DNA of 64,000 bases, from IMG/VR virus record IMGVR_UViG_3300017971_000033; one strand, written 5' to 3'. Below, piece by piece: positions 22,090 through 32,401 of this stretch; position 1 is the first letter of the stretch; each line of letters opens with the position of its first letter. The stretch is from a virus. A program made the translations under genes and the position numbers. The notes beneath the pieces are model-generated. The model did not search any database and was not told where the DNA came from. It worked only from the letters and a program-made list of their open reading frames with translations.

Positions 22090-22329
22090 ATGAGCGGGCT
22101 GACAACAGAGGAGGCCTTGCGTATGTTTGAACGCGGTGAAAGGCCGGAGCGCCGTGAATATTTCGAGCTACTGCAAGCAGAACACCCGGATCTTCTAGCG
22201 ATAGTGATCGAGGCCAAGGAGGTTTTTGGCCGTGTCTCGATGCCAAGGCTACTAAGAAACCCGCCCGACTATGGGCGTCCATTGTTCCACGTGGAACACA
22301 AACCAAGAGAAGGAGCAGAAACCGCATGA
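22090..22329 (+). CDS. hypothetical protein
   Basis: ORF track; GGAGGGAAGG upstream. Confidence 0.75.
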   Translation: MSGLTTEEALRMFERGERPERREYFELLQAEHPDLLAIVIEAKEVFGRVSMPRLLRNPPDYGRPLFHVEHKPREGAETA

Positions 22330-22829
22330 CTAAATCGCTCACAACGATTGAAGGCGTACAAGCCACCCCGACCGCGTTGCTGATTAGCCGGCAAATGGAT
22401 TTTGGCGAATGGGAGCAAGTAGGGAAGGATCTCGGACGCATTAACCAAGGCCTCCTTTGGTGGATAGGGGATTGGCTGAACTACGGCGAGCGGGCTTATG
22501 GGGAGTCCTACGCGCAAGCGATGGAAGTAACCGGAAAGGCTTATGCCACCGTAAAGCAAGCAGCCTACATCGCAAAGAAGTTCCCGCCCGAGGTTCGGCG
22601 TGAAGGCGTGACATTCAGCCATTACGGCGTAATTGCCGGATTGCCGGATGACATCGGAGACCGGCTGATCAAACTGGCAGAAGGCAACCAGTGGTCGGTG
22701 ACCGAGCTCAAGGAGCAACGCGCAAAGGTGGAAAACAAAGAAGAGCCAAAGCGCGAGAAGGATCCGGAAACAATAATCTGCCCGCACTGCAACAAGGAAT
22801 TCTTGCTTTCAGAGGCCGGTAGCTTGTGA
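22326..22829 (+). CDS. hypothetical protein with a C-terminal CPHC zinc-ribbon-like tail
   Basis: ORF track; ATGA overlap; WWIGDWLNYGERAYG motif. Confidence 0.8.
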   Translation: MTKSLTTIEGVQATPTALLISRQMDFGEWEQVGKDLGRINQGLLWWIGDWLNYGERAYGESYAQAMEVTGKAYATVKQAAYIAKKFPPEVRREGVTFSHYGVIAGLPDDIGDRLIKLAEGNQWSVTELKEQRAKVENKEEPKREKDPETIICPHCNKEFLLSEAGSL

Positions 22830-23206
22830 GTTCCCGCGTATCAAGGCGTGCGGCCAAGGTCGATGCGAATCAACCCGGAATTGTGGATGCTCTCCGGGAG
22901 ATTCCCGGGATGTCTGTCGAGGTAGACCATGACGATATTTTGGTCGGCTATAAAGGCCGCACGTATTGGTACGAAATAAAAGCAGAGTGTCATCGCAACA
23001 AGATGACCAAGGCTTGCAATTACGGCGCGCTCAAGGATAAGCAGAAAGATCTTTTGCGCGACTGGAAAGGCCACTACAAGATTGTCTTTACCGTTGACGA
23101 AATCCTCAAGGACATTGGAATCACGCAGGAGGACTTGCGGCGCATGGAGCTGCTCAAGCCTTGGGGCTATGTTGACGGGGAAATACCGGATAAAATCGAG
23201 GAATGA
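22826..23206 (+). CDS. PD-(D/E)XK nuclease (VRR-NUC / Holliday-junction-resolvase-like)
   Basis: KVDANQPGIVDALREIPG..., then DDILVGYKGRTYWYEIKAE (D...ExK), then KQKDLL. GTG start overlaps the upstream stop. Confidence 0.65.
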   Translation: MSSRVSRRAAKVDANQPGIVDALREIPGMSVEVDHDDILVGYKGRTYWYEIKAECHRNKMTKACNYGALKDKQKDLLRDWKGHYKIVFTVDEILKDIGITQEDLRRMELLKPWGYVDGEIPDKIEE

Positions 23207-23643
23207 TATCCACGAAGGAATTGAATGAATTACGTGACAAGCGCGGGCTGTCAGAAATTCCTGACGGCGACGAAGCTACCATGCTATTCAGAACGGCGCA
23301 GCTAAGCGGCTATCTATTCTTGTGGGAGCGAATTCCATCAGACCATACCAGTGACAACGGCGCACTCTATGGCCGAATCTCGCGGGCTATGGAGGAGCAC
23401 TTTGGTGTTTCACCGAAAGGCTACAAGGGGGAGAGTGATCTCGACAAACTCAGAGAGGCAGGAGTTTTGTCCGGCTACTTTATGGCGAGCGAGGATTATT
23501 GGAGTATTCTCGGAGAAGATGTCTTCACACATCGTTGCGGTTATATCAGCTCAAGATACTGGAATGACGCGGCCTTCTACCTAACCAAGAGCAAAAGTGG
23601 ATTTGTCATATGGCCAAGCGCGTCAGCAAGTCGAAATCAATAA
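23203..23643 (+). CDS. hypothetical protein
   Basis: ORF track; ATGA overlap. Confidence 0.8.
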   Translation: MISTKELNELRDKRGLSEIPDGDEATMLFRTAQLSGYLFLWERIPSDHTSDNGALYGRISRAMEEHFGVSPKGYKGESDLDKLREAGVLSGYFMASEDYWSILGEDVFTHRCGYISSRYWNDAAFYLTKSKSGFVIWPSASASRNQ

Positions 23644-23966
23644 AGCAAATTGTCTGCGTCTGTTGGGAGGATATCCACTTCCATCAGAACTGGAACGAGC
23701 ATGACCCGCAAGCCCTGCTCAACACGGATTTGCCAATATTCCGCAGCATTGGTATTTTAATCCGCAAAAGTAATCCGGTAACGATTGCCGCAACCGTTAC
23801 ACCCGACGAGGACGGCAAGCCGGTGTACTCGGATATAACACGCTTCCCGAAAGGCTGCATACAAAGCATTGACACTATCGGGGAGCTGGATATATCACCA
23901 TGCGAACGAGGGAACTATGGATCACAAAACGCAAAACAACGTTGTCAACGCAATCGTCGCCGTTAG
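23610..23966 (+). CDS. hypothetical protein
   Basis: ORF track. The 3' end overlaps the next gene by about 50 nt. Confidence 0.7.
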   Translation: MAKRVSKSKSIKQIVCVCWEDIHFHQNWNEHDPQALLNTDLPIFRSIGILIRKSNPVTIAATVTPDEDGKPVYSDITRFPKGCIQSIDTIGELDISPCERGNYGSQNAKQRCQRNRRR

Positions 23967-24156
23967 AAAGGCAAAGGCGAAAACGCAGGAAGAAATCAGA
24001 AAGGCTGTAGCTTTGGCCGCATCGCAGTTTGAGGAAGAGACCGGCCTTTCAATCACTGCCGTCGATATCCGGATTAATGAATACCACGCGCACGGCTACA
24101 AGCCACAATTCACCGTGGCTGAATGTCATATCAACACAACCTTCGAGCACTACTAA
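23917..24156 (+). CDS. hypothetical protein (79 aa)
   Basis: Start MDHKTQNNVV... at 23917, preceded by GAGGGAA. Confidence 0.6.
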   Translation: MDHKTQNNVVNAIVAVRKAKAKTQEEIRKAVALAASQFEEETGLSITAVDIRINEYHAHGYKPQFTVAECHINTTFEHY

Positions 24157-24171
24157 CCAAGGAGTAAAGCA

Positions 24172-24675
24172 ATGAGCGATTGGAAAAACCGTATTGTAGG
24201 CAGCGGAGAAGAGAACCCCGAGCAGTTACTTGCCAACCCGAAGAACTGGCGAGTACATCCGCAATTCCAGCAGGATTCACTGGAAGCGGTTTTAGACTCG
24301 GTTGGTTTCGTCGCTCCTGTGCGCGTCAACAAGAACACGGGGCATATCGTGGATGGCCACCTGCGTGTGCAGATCGCCATGCGCAAAGGTCAGCCGACAG
24401 TCCCGGTCGACTACCTTGACCTTACCCCGGAAGAGGAGGATCTTGTTCTTGCGACCTTTGACCCAATCGCCGCGTTAGCCGTGTCAGACAATGAGAAGAT
24501 TGAAGAACTCATGGCCGACATCGAGGTCGATGACGAAAGGCTGCAAGACTTGTTGAGCACGCTGGACATCAACAAGGCAATCAAGGATCTCAAGAACAAG
24601 TCGAAAGAACTGGATCCGAACGACTACAACGATTTCGAGCACAAGTGTCCAAAATGCGGATTTGAATATGATTAA
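24172..24675 (+). CDS. ParB-like nuclease-domain protein with a C-terminal CxxC
   Basis: LLANPKNWRVHPQFQQDSLEAVLDSVGFVAPVRVN..GHIVDGHLRVQIA matches the ParB N-terminal domain pattern. Confidence 0.75.
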   Translation: MSDWKNRIVGSGEENPEQLLANPKNWRVHPQFQQDSLEAVLDSVGFVAPVRVNKNTGHIVDGHLRVQIAMRKGQPTVPVDYLDLTPEEEDLVLATFDPIAALAVSDNEKIEELMADIEVDDERLQDLLSTLDINKAIKDLKNKSKELDPNDYNDFEHKCPKCGFEYD

Positions 24676-25687
24676 ACCATGCAAGCATAGCTGGTACCTT
24701 AAGGATCTTGAGAAGGTGCCGAAAAACGGCAAGACCGTTTTCTCAGCTTTCCATTGCGGTGGCGGCTCTAGCATGGGCTATAAGCTCGCAGGATATAACG
24801 TGCTCGGCGGGGTCGAGATCGACAAAGACATGATGACGATCTACCGCAAGAACTTCAATCCAGTCCGCTCGTACCTCATGGGCGTGCAGGATTTCAACAA
24901 GATCCCGAACGATGAACTGCCGAAGGAATTATTCAACCTCGACATCCTTGACGGCTCGCCACCATGCAGCAACTTCTCCCTCTCCGGGAACCGTGAAAAG
25001 GATTGGGGCAAAGAAAAGTATTTCCGGGAAGGCCAAGCCAAGCAGGTTCTTGATGACCTGTTTTTCCACTTCATCGACATGGCCGACAAGCTACAGCCAA
25101 AAGTTATCGTTGCGGAGAATGTCAAAGGCCTGCTAATCGGCGCCGCAAAGGGCTATGTCAAGATGATCCTCCAGCAGTTCAAGGAAATCGGCTATGAGGT
25201 TCAAATGTTCCTGCTGAATTCGGCCTTCATGGAAGTGCCGCAACGCAGGGAGCGCGTATTCTTCATCGCGCACAAGACCGGCAAGAGGCTCCAGCTTGAT
25301 TTCAACTACAAGCCAATCCCGTGCAAGGATGTCGTATTACACGACCGATCGGGCAAGGATTTATCCAAGGCCGCGGCATATACAACGTGGAAGCGCGTAA
25401 AGCCCGGACAGTCACTAAGCCACGGACACCCCAAGGGATCTTATTTCAACTGGTACCGCATCGACGGCAACCAGCCTTTCCCGACACTGGCCTCGGGTAG
25501 CTGGGGTTGTCAAATGTATTGGGACGAGCCATATGGATTTGCCCCGATGGATTTCACGCGGATCCAGTCATTCCCCGATGACTATGACTACGGCAAGGAG
25601 GAGGCCGGCTATGTTTGCGGGATGTCGGTACCGCCGAAAATGATGATGCACATCGCCAAAGAGATCGAAATTCAATTACTAAGCTAG
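24668..25687 (+). CDS. dcm: DNA (cytosine-5)-methyltransferase
   Basis: FSAFHCGGGSSMGY (motif I), DGSPPCSNFS (motif IV, PC), ENVKGL (motif VI), QRRERVFFIA (motif VIII). ATG 24668 is preferred over TTG 24662. Confidence 0.92.
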   Translation: MIKPCKHSWYLKDLEKVPKNGKTVFSAFHCGGGSSMGYKLAGYNVLGGVEIDKDMMTIYRKNFNPVRSYLMGVQDFNKIPNDELPKELFNLDILDGSPPCSNFSLSGNREKDWGKEKYFREGQAKQVLDDLFFHFIDMADKLQPKVIVAENVKGLLIGAAKGYVKMILQQFKEIGYEVQMFLLNSAFMEVPQRRERVFFIAHKTGKRLQLDFNYKPIPCKDVVLHDRSGKDLSKAAAYTTWKRVKPGQSLSHGHPKGSYFNWYRIDGNQPFPTLASGSWGCQMYWDEPYGFAPMDFTRIQSFPDDYDYGKEEAGYVCGMSVPPKMMMHIAKEIEIQLLS

Positions 25688-25699
25688 AGGACGCCCCTT

Positions 25700-26038
25700 A
25701 TGGATATCAAAACCGCGCTTGACTTTATCAAGAAATACGCCCCGGAGGATTTACGGGAAGCCTACCGTGAAATCGCTGAAGAGCATAGCTTACGAACACA
25801 AGCCGAATTAGCAATAATCCGGGATGCCGCGAGCCAAGAGATAAACCATAAAGCCGTGTCATACTGGATGGACATGGCAATAGAAGCGCAAAGGCAAACC
25901 GCGCGAAGCTACAAGATCGGGGTAACTGCCGGACGCATGGAGAGTATGCTTTACCTCGAAAACCGAATGGAGACCTATAGCAGCAACCTGTTACGAGACA
26001 AGTTCTTCCCGCAGGAGCAGACCAATGGCCGGGGATAA
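25700..26038 (+). CDS. hypothetical protein
   Basis: ORF track. Confidence 0.75.
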   Translation: MDIKTALDFIKKYAPEDLREAYREIAEEHSLRTQAELAIIRDAASQEINHKAVSYWMDMAIEAQRQTARSYKIGVTAGRMESMLYLENRMETYSSNLLRDKFFPQEQTNGRG

Positions 26039-26522
26039 GCGCGGAAGGAATTACAAGCTGAACCCGAAGATGGTTGAGCAGATCGTTGAACTCATAAGGG
26101 CCGGAAACTATGCAAGGACCGCATGCGAGGCTGTTGGAATATCCGAGCAGACATATTACACGTATCTCAACCGTGGAAAGCGAGAAGCAACCCGGAGACA
26201 ACGACTTACCGATCTCGGTCATCCAGTGGACGACAATGGCGAGGGGATCTTTCTAGAATTCCTTGAGGCTGTCAAAAGAGCCGAAGCCGAATCGGAGTCT
26301 GTTGCGGTCATGCACGTACGCCGTGCGATGTCGGATTCATGGCAGGCTGCAATGACTTACCTTGAACGCAAACACCCCGATCGCTGGGGCAGGCGGGACA
26401 AGAACATCAATGTCAACGTGGATGCCAGCAAGCAACTAGACCTCACCAAGCTCGATGACGACCAGCTAGAGAAGCTGGAGGAGTTGCTTATGGAAGCGGC
26501 CCCGGACGAGGATGATGGCTGA
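26025..26522 (+). CDS. terS: terminase small subunit
   Basis: N-terminal HTH (VELIRAGNYARTACEAVGISEQTYYTYLNRG), an acidic C-terminus, and a position just upstream of the large terminase. Confidence 0.7.
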   Translation: MAGDKRGRNYKLNPKMVEQIVELIRAGNYARTACEAVGISEQTYYTYLNRGKREATRRQRLTDLGHPVDDNGEGIFLEFLEAVKRAEAESESVAVMHVRRAMSDSWQAAMTYLERKHPDRWGRRDKNINVNVDASKQLDLTKLDDDQLEKLEELLMEAAPDEDDG

Positions 26523-26697
26523 AATTATAGACATGGAAAGGATGCGCAAGAAAAAACGCCATGACGTTGTATGGCAATGCGGTTGCGGCAATCAGACCTT
26601 TTTCCTTGTCAAAGGCGGTACCGTCCAGTGCGCTCGGTGTGATTCGGTATCCAAGACAAAGCGCTGGTATGACGAAACGCCGCAAGAAGCCGGATGA
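26512..26697 (+). CDS. small zinc-ribbon protein
   Basis: WQCGCGNQTFFLVKGGTVQCARCDS. Lies between terS and terL. Confidence 0.65.
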   Translation: MMAEIIDMERMRKKKRHDVVWQCGCGNQTFFLVKGGTVQCARCDSVSKTKRWYDETPQEAG

Positions 26698-28131
26698 ATG
26701 GAGCAGGGGTATTTAACAACCGTCCAAGCCGAACGGGCGCGACGGGACCTGACACGCTTTCTCCAAGAATCATGGAAGGTTGTTGAGCCGCATACCCCGT
26801 ATCAGCATAACTGGCATGTAGACCTTATCTCCGAATACCTGATGGCGGTTACGCTTGGGGAAATCAAGCGGCTGATCATCAACATTTGCCCGCGTATCGG
26901 TAAGTCCCGACATATCACGACCGCATGGCCCGTTTGGGAATGGATTGAGAACCCGCAATACCGCTACCTGTTTTCCTCGTATTCCAAAGACCTTGCACGC
27001 GACCACTCACGCGAGCGCAGGCTGATCATTGAAAGCGATTGGTACCAAGAGCGTTGGGGCAGTCGGTTTGTTCTCCAAGGCGATCAGAACGTTGTCACCT
27101 ACTTCGCCAACAACATGGGCGGCAGGATGCAGGCGCGCGGCACAAGCGGCGCAGGTACCGGCAAGGGCGGCTCACGGGTCATTGTCGATGATCCGCATAA
27201 CGTCAAGCAGGCTGAATCCGCAGTCCAGCGAGAACAGGCCTTGCATGATTTCGACAAGAACCTGTCTACCCGCCTCGATGATCCGACTAAGGGCGCCATA
27301 GTCCTTGTCATGCAGCGATTACATTACAACGATCTGACGGGACACATCCTTTCCCGTATGCAAGGCTGGACGCATGTTGTCATCCCGACAATTCAGCCGA
27401 AGGATCAGGTTTACATAATGCCGCGCTCCGGGAAAGAGATTGAGCGGAAGAAGGATCAGGTGCTAATGCCGTCGCGGCAAGACGATGCTTTTATCCAAGA
27501 GCAGAAGATGGCGCTTGGCTCTAATGGTTTTGCTGCGCAGCACCAGCAGGATCCGGCACCGGAAGGCGGCAACCGTATCAAGCTCGACTGGTTCCCGCGT
27601 TACAAATACAACCCCGGAGACAACTACAAAAACGTCATCATCTCTTGGGATACCGGCCTCAAGCCGAAGGATACCTCTGCGCCGTCTGTCGGCCTTGTAT
27701 TTGGCGAATTCAAGGAACGCTGGCGGCTTATTGATATTTACCGCGATCAGGTTGGCTACCCCGAGCTACGCCGACAGGTGATCAAGAAGTTCAATAAATA
27801 CTTGCCTACCGCGGTATTGATAGAGGATAAGGCGAGCGGCATCAGCCTTATTCAAGAACTGAAAGCCGACTATGCCCGCATCCCGGTTATTGCTATCGAG
27901 CCGGAAGCGGACAAGGTAACGCGCATGGAAACACAGTCGCCGCACGTTGAAGCCGGACAGATCGAATTGCCGGAAGAGAACAGCGTGTCATGGCTTGCGG
28001 ACTTCCAGCAAGAGATTATGTTCTTCCCGGATCCTCCCTTCTGGGACCAGATCGATGCGCTAAGCCAGTTCTTGAAGTACCAGTACGGCCGCAAGCGTGA
28101 AATCATACAAACCAAGCTGACAGGATTGTAG
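26698..28131 (+). CDS. terL: terminase large subunit
   Basis: Walker A-like CPRIGKS, Walker B VIVDDPH, a C-terminal nuclease-like half (ISWDTG..., EDKASG), and the size and position. Confidence 0.88.
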   Translation: MEQGYLTTVQAERARRDLTRFLQESWKVVEPHTPYQHNWHVDLISEYLMAVTLGEIKRLIINICPRIGKSRHITTAWPVWEWIENPQYRYLFSSYSKDLARDHSRERRLIIESDWYQERWGSRFVLQGDQNVVTYFANNMGGRMQARGTSGAGTGKGGSRVIVDDPHNVKQAESAVQREQALHDFDKNLSTRLDDPTKGAIVLVMQRLHYNDLTGHILSRMQGWTHVVIPTIQPKDQVYIMPRSGKEIERKKDQVLMPSRQDDAFIQEQKMALGSNGFAAQHQQDPAPEGGNRIKLDWFPRYKYNPGDNYKNVIISWDTGLKPKDTSAPSVGLVFGEFKERWRLIDIYRDQVGYPELRRQVIKKFNKYLPTAVLIEDKASGISLIQELKADYARIPVIAIEPEADKVTRMETQSPHVEAGQIELPEENSVSWLADFQQEIMFFPDPPFWDQIDALSQFLKYQYGRKREIIQTKLTGL

Positions 28132-28209
28132 CCATAGCAGTTTTTTGTTAAGGTCGCAACATACCGAGTGGCGGGGCCGCTCTTTCTGAACAACAGAAGG
28201 GGGCAGGTT

Positions 28210-29697
28210 ATGCCGGTCAACTCAGAACATCCGCAATACAAAATCCGCAAAGACCAGTGGCGCAAGTGCCGCCATACCATCGCCGGATCTGACACGATCA
28301 AAAAGCACACCACGGAATATCTGCCGCCGCTGGCAGAGCAGACCGATGGTGAATACCACGCCTACCTGTCACGCGCGTTGTTCTATGGCGCTTCCAGCCG
28401 TACCGTACAAGCCTTGATGGGCGCGATATTCCGCAAGCCCTACAACGTCAAATACCCCGAAGAACTCGAATACCAGCTAGAGAACATTACCAAGGACGGC
28501 AAAGACCTTGATACCTTTGTCCGCGATGTTGTTTACGAGATCATATCCGCAGGCCGCGTTGCCATTCTCCCGGATGCGTTAAAGCTAAAGGAAAACGAAA
28601 CGGCAACGACATCGAACGCAAGACCTTATCTCGCGGTATATACCACGGAAGCGCTTATCAACTGGCGAACCATGCTGCTGGAAGGCGAAGAGCAAGTCAT
28701 TATGGCCGTGCTGGAGGAGTCCTACACGGAGCAGAAGCAGAATGATGAATATGAGCTGGAGGTCAAGACGCAATACCGCGTGCTGCGTATCGGCATGGAA
28801 GGCAGAGGCCAAGGCGCGCGGTATCAGCAAGACGTTTATCGCAAAGTCCGTGACAAGTGGGTTGTCGTCCCGGAACTGCATGCGGCCCCTGTGCGTATTG
28901 GTACGCCGCTGACGAATATCCCGCTGGAAATCATAAACACCTACGATCTGACAACCGATGCAGACAAGCCGCCGCTGCTGGATCTTATTGAAGTCAACCT
29001 GTCTCACTTCCGCACCTCTGCTGATCTTGAGCATGGTGCACATTACACCGCGTTGCCTACCGCTTGGGTTGCCGGATTCCCGAAGGGTAGCAAGTTGCGT
29101 ATCGGCTCAAGTTCCGCATGGATGACAGAAGAGACTGATGCCAAGGCCGGCTTCTTGGAATACACCGGCAAGGGATTAAGCACCCTGCAAGAAATCAAGC
29201 GCGACAAGGAACAGTTGATGGCTATCCTTGGCGCTCGGTTACTGGAGGAAAACAAGAAAGCCGCCGAAGCCGCTGACACGCTCAAGATCCGCGCAGCAAG
29301 CGAGACAGGTTCACTGACCGCGATGGCAAAGAATATTTCTTCCGGGATTACCGAGGCGCTCAAGACGCTGGCGTGGTGGAGCGGTGCGAGTGACCAGCAG
29401 ATTGAAGAGATTGCCTTTGAGCTGAATACCGACTTCATCGACACCAAGCTGTCACCGCAGGAGATGCAGGCGCTTATGCAGCTATACCAAGGCGGCAGTA
29501 TTTCGCAGGATACTTTCCTCTATAACCTCAAGCGCGGCGAAGTTCTCCCGGATGATGTCACTATCGATGACGAAAAGGATCTCATTGAGATGGACGAGGA
29601 GCAGGAGCCGGATATGACTAACGTAACGCCGTTCAAGCGCAGCTTCTCTGTCGAGCGTGACGAGCAAGGCCAGCTTGTCGGCGTCAACGAGGAATAA
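28210..29697 (+). CDS. portal protein (DUF4055-type)
   Basis: Start MPVNSEHPQYK... at 28210, preceded by GGGGGCAGG. YHAYLSRALFYGASSRTVQALMGAIFRKP matches the DUF4055 portal N-terminal signature. Lies directly after terL. Confidence 0.85.
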   Translation: MPVNSEHPQYKIRKDQWRKCRHTIAGSDTIKKHTTEYLPPLAEQTDGEYHAYLSRALFYGASSRTVQALMGAIFRKPYNVKYPEELEYQLENITKDGKDLDTFVRDVVYEIISAGRVAILPDALKLKENETATTSNARPYLAVYTTEALINWRTMLLEGEEQVIMAVLEESYTEQKQNDEYELEVKTQYRVLRIGMEGRGQGARYQQDVYRKVRDKWVVVPELHAAPVRIGTPLTNIPLEIINTYDLTTDADKPPLLDLIEVNLSHFRTSADLEHGAHYTALPTAWVAGFPKGSKLRIGSSSAWMTEETDAKAGFLEYTGKGLSTLQEIKRDKEQLMAILGARLLEENKKAAEAADTLKIRAASETGSLTAMAKNISSGITEALKTLAWWSGASDQQIEEIAFELNTDFIDTKLSPQEMQALMQLYQGGSISQDTFLYNLKRGEVLPDDVTIDDEKDLIEMDEEQEPDMTNVTPFKRSFSVERDEQGQLVGVNEE

Positions 29698-29700
29698 ACT

Positions 29701-30048
29701 ATGGCAAGCATGACACCCTACGGACGGAAGGCTTTTCAAAATGCGATCTTGTCAGTGCCGCATAAAGTCCACCTCTACGTTGAGTCCGGCGAGCTCACGG
29801 GTTTTGGTTATTCGCCCAAACGACTTGTCGCCGCCGAATTCGATGATAACGGCCTTTATCCTGAGCAGATTTGGGTTTTCAATTCAGAAGCAGAAGCAGC
29901 TATGGTTCTCGGCTTATATGTCACAGACGCTGATGGACAAGTGCTCTACTCTGACCAGTTCCCCGAGCCGTATAAAATCCAGAACCAAGGGGACCGCATC
30001 GGGGTCTCGGTGAATATGTCTTTCCTCGGTGCGTTGGGTAGCGAGTAA
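29701..30048 (+). CDS. hypothetical protein
   Basis: ORF track. Confidence 0.8.
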   Translation: MASMTPYGRKAFQNAILSVPHKVHLYVESGELTGFGYSPKRLVAAEFDDNGLYPEQIWVFNSEAEAAMVLGLYVTDADGQVLYSDQFPEPYKIQNQGDRIGVSVNMSFLGALGSE

Positions 30049-30212
30049 TGCCAGTTCAGCCATGCAGGGTAGATGGAAAGCCGGGATATAAGTGGGGGCA
30101 GTCCGGGAAGTGTTATCCGTACACGAAGGGAAACAAACAAAGCGAAGCCAATGCAATGGCTAAAGCCCAACTGCAAGGCCGAGCGGTTGAAGCTAACAAG
30201 GGAACACGATGA
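30048..30212 (+). CDS. small conserved-looking phage protein (54 aa)
   Basis: TAATG and ATGA coupling on both sides. MPVQPCRVDGKPGYKWGQSGKCYPYTKGNKQSEANAMAKAQLQGRAVEANKGTR. Below the ORF-track cutoff. Confidence 0.6.
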   Translation: MPVQPCRVDGKPGYKWGQSGKCYPYTKGNKQSEANAMAKAQLQGRAVEANKGTR

Positions 30213-30397
30213 CAAACCAAGACGGGGATATTATTTACTCAGGGGATGAACTGGAACTCAGAGCGGCCGTTACAGAAAGCGGCCGCATTGGTATCGAGCT
30301 TGATTCTTGCATGGCAACGACGCCGCACGAACCCGAGGAGGTTCAGGCGTTACGCAACTTGCTAAGCAATTTCCTGATTGAGAACGGTTACGAATAA
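30209..30397 (+). CDS. hypothetical protein
   Basis: ORF track; ATGA overlap. Confidence 0.7.
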   Translation: MTNQDGDIIYSGDELELRAAVTESGRIGIELDSCMATTPHEPEEVQALRNLLSNFLIENGYE

Positions 30398-32401
30398 ATG
30401 GCAGCAAGAACCCAATTAGCAAACAGTGCAAGCGTGGTGGTCACTTCGGCCACCGCGTCAACTATTGCTGGTTCGGGTTTGGGCGCATGGCTCGGTTATC
30501 ATATGGCGATCGCTAGCTCCTCTAGCACGAGTCCCTCACCGTGGGGACAGCCGCGGTATATGTATGCAAGCGCAGGACCAGCCGATACGCTCCGGGTCTC
30601 CCCGGAGTTTGACGTTATACCGTCTATCGGCGATGACCTGATTGTTGCATGGAATCAGGACGACTATGACGGCGGTTGGGGTAATGATTTCAAGCTGGTG
30701 CTAAAGGCCGCGGCTGAATGGGATGTCGGTGCATCGCCTGCAACAATCGGCGACGGCACGGATATGTATGTAGGCGGCATCTACAACCAAGCCTTCTCGC
30801 AGGATGAATATTGGGACATCCTTGCCGGTAGCGTATTTGTAGTCGGCTCGCTTAGCGCAGACGAGTCACTCGGTGGATGGTATTGGAACTCCAACAACGC
30901 AAACTCAACGCTCGGCTTCCAGTATATCCGCGTACAAGCCAGCGCCATCCTTGCGGTCTATAACACCAACTGCGGCACCGTATTCCCGCATGCGATTATT
31001 TGCCATCCCGGAAGTTTCAATTATTTCTATGACGCTTCCTTCACCAATCTCATGTATAACGGCTCGCGGCTAAAGGGAAACACCTATGGCCGCAACCTGA
31101 AATTCCAAGGAACAGCGAGCGCGGTTGACTACGTTGTTGTCGCTTCCGGGATTGAGAATTTCTACGGCCCGCTGATCCTGTCTGACAGTTACGGCATAAG
31201 GTCATCAGTGACAGCCGAATTCCTGCGCATCAATCGCTTTGTCGGCGTCAACAATACCTATGACGTTGAGGCTAACAACTCGACAAGCTGGACGTTTGCT
31301 AACCCGACATGGGACGCTAACTTCTTGTGGACGCAGACAGACGGCTCTTCGGATATCACCGAGCTCTTTACCGTCAGCGCAAACGTGGCGCAAACCGATG
31401 GCGCGGTAATCGCAAGCGCGGTATTCCATATCACGACAGACATCCTTGAGAACGGATCCAGCACGTTGAGGCAGCGCCATATATTCGCTACGGCAGGAGT
31501 GAGCGGCCTTGTCTCGCAGGATGTCACGCGCCGCTATTGGGCAAGCTCAACGGCCTCGACGCTGTATTACAATCACATTACCCGCGCATGGAAGTACGGC
31601 TATCAACCGTATGAAGCGGCAGGTGATTACACCAGCGAGTCCGTATTCACCATCGCCATGTCGCCAGATAGCGAGATCACCACATCGACACCGGCCAGTG
31701 CCTTGCTGCATGAGGCCAGCTTCTCGAATCATGCGACTGACTACGACGGCATTTGGCGCGTGCAGGTCAGCATCACCACGACGGCAACGGTGAGCGCACT
31801 GGTGAGCACGGGCGGTTCCTACGAAGGCGTTATCCAAGAGATTTACCAAGCAGGTGACGGTCTGACTGCCGAATGGATTCTTGCCAAGACGTCATCGACG
31901 ACCGGGCAACCGGCTTCGACGGCAACCGCGTGGCAAGAGTTTGGCATCACGTATGGCACCAATGTTGCCGGTGAAGGCCACAAGTTCTCGTGGCACATCG
32001 ATGCGCAGAACGAGGCATTGTGGGAAGCCTATGACAAGCAGCAGGCGTATTTCGCCGACGCAAGCACGACGACCGCATGGGTCAGCACCGTGAGGACTCA
32101 GCGCACCGAGTTGATAGAAAAGACCGGCACCAATTACGTGACCGAGGCGTATTACTCGGCTGGTTGTTTCGTTACCAACCGAGGAACCGGCACGGTTAAC
32201 TACATGACTGCCGATGACGGTTGGACGTTCACGCCGCCAACGCAGTACACGTTCACGTTGACGGGCGTTAAAGCCGGAACCGAAGTACGTTTGTTTCATG
32301 CCAGCACAAGGGATGAGATTACAGGCGTCGAGGAGTTATATGCCAACAGTTATGTTGACGATAGCGGCTTCGATACGCCGGGGAGCTGGGTGACGGTATG
32401 A
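30398..32401 (+). CDS. large Ser/Thr/Ala-rich virion-associated candidate (667 aa)
   Basis: ORF track; TAAATG coupling; S/T/A/G-rich, fibre-like composition. Confidence 0.85.
   Translation: MAARTQLANSASVVVTSATASTIAGSGLGAWLGYHMAIASSSSTSPSPWGQPRYMYASAGPADTLRVSPEFDVIPSIGDDLIVAWNQDDYDGGWGNDFKLVLKAAAEWDVGASPATIGDGTDMYVGGIYNQAFSQDEYWDILAGSVFVVGSLSADESLGGWYWNSNNANSTLGFQYIRVQASAILAVYNTNCGTVFPHAIICHPGSFNYFYDASFTNLMYNGSRLKGNTYGRNLKFQGTASAVDYVVVASGIENFYGPLILSDSYGIRSSVTAEFLRINRFVGVNNTYDVEANNSTSWTFANPTWDANFLWTQTDGSSDITELFTVSANVAQTDGAVIASAVFHITTDILENGSSTLRQRHIFATAGVSGLVSQDVTRRYWASSTASTLYYNHITRAWKYGYQPYEAAGDYTSESVFTIAMSPDSEITTSTPASALLHEASFSNHATDYDGIWRVQVSITTTATVSALVSTGGSYEGVIQEIYQAGDGLTAEWILAKTSSTTGQPASTATAWQEFGITYGTNVAGEGHKFSWHIDAQNEALWEAYDKQQAYFADASTTTAWVSTVRTQRTELIEKTGTNYVTEAYYSAGCFVTNRGTGTVNYMTADDGWTFTPPTQYTFTLTGVKAGTEVRLFHASTRDEITGVEELYANSYVDDSGFDTPGSWVTV

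Noticed and set aside
21953-22441. 162-aa and 172-aa (22269-22787) minus-strand ORFs in the rightward arm
   Set aside because: They are antisense to well-coupled plus-strand genes and have an R/S/L/P-rich composition.
25728-26222. 164-aa minus-strand ORF
   Set aside because: It is antisense to 25700-26038 and terS, with no SD and shadow-ORF composition.
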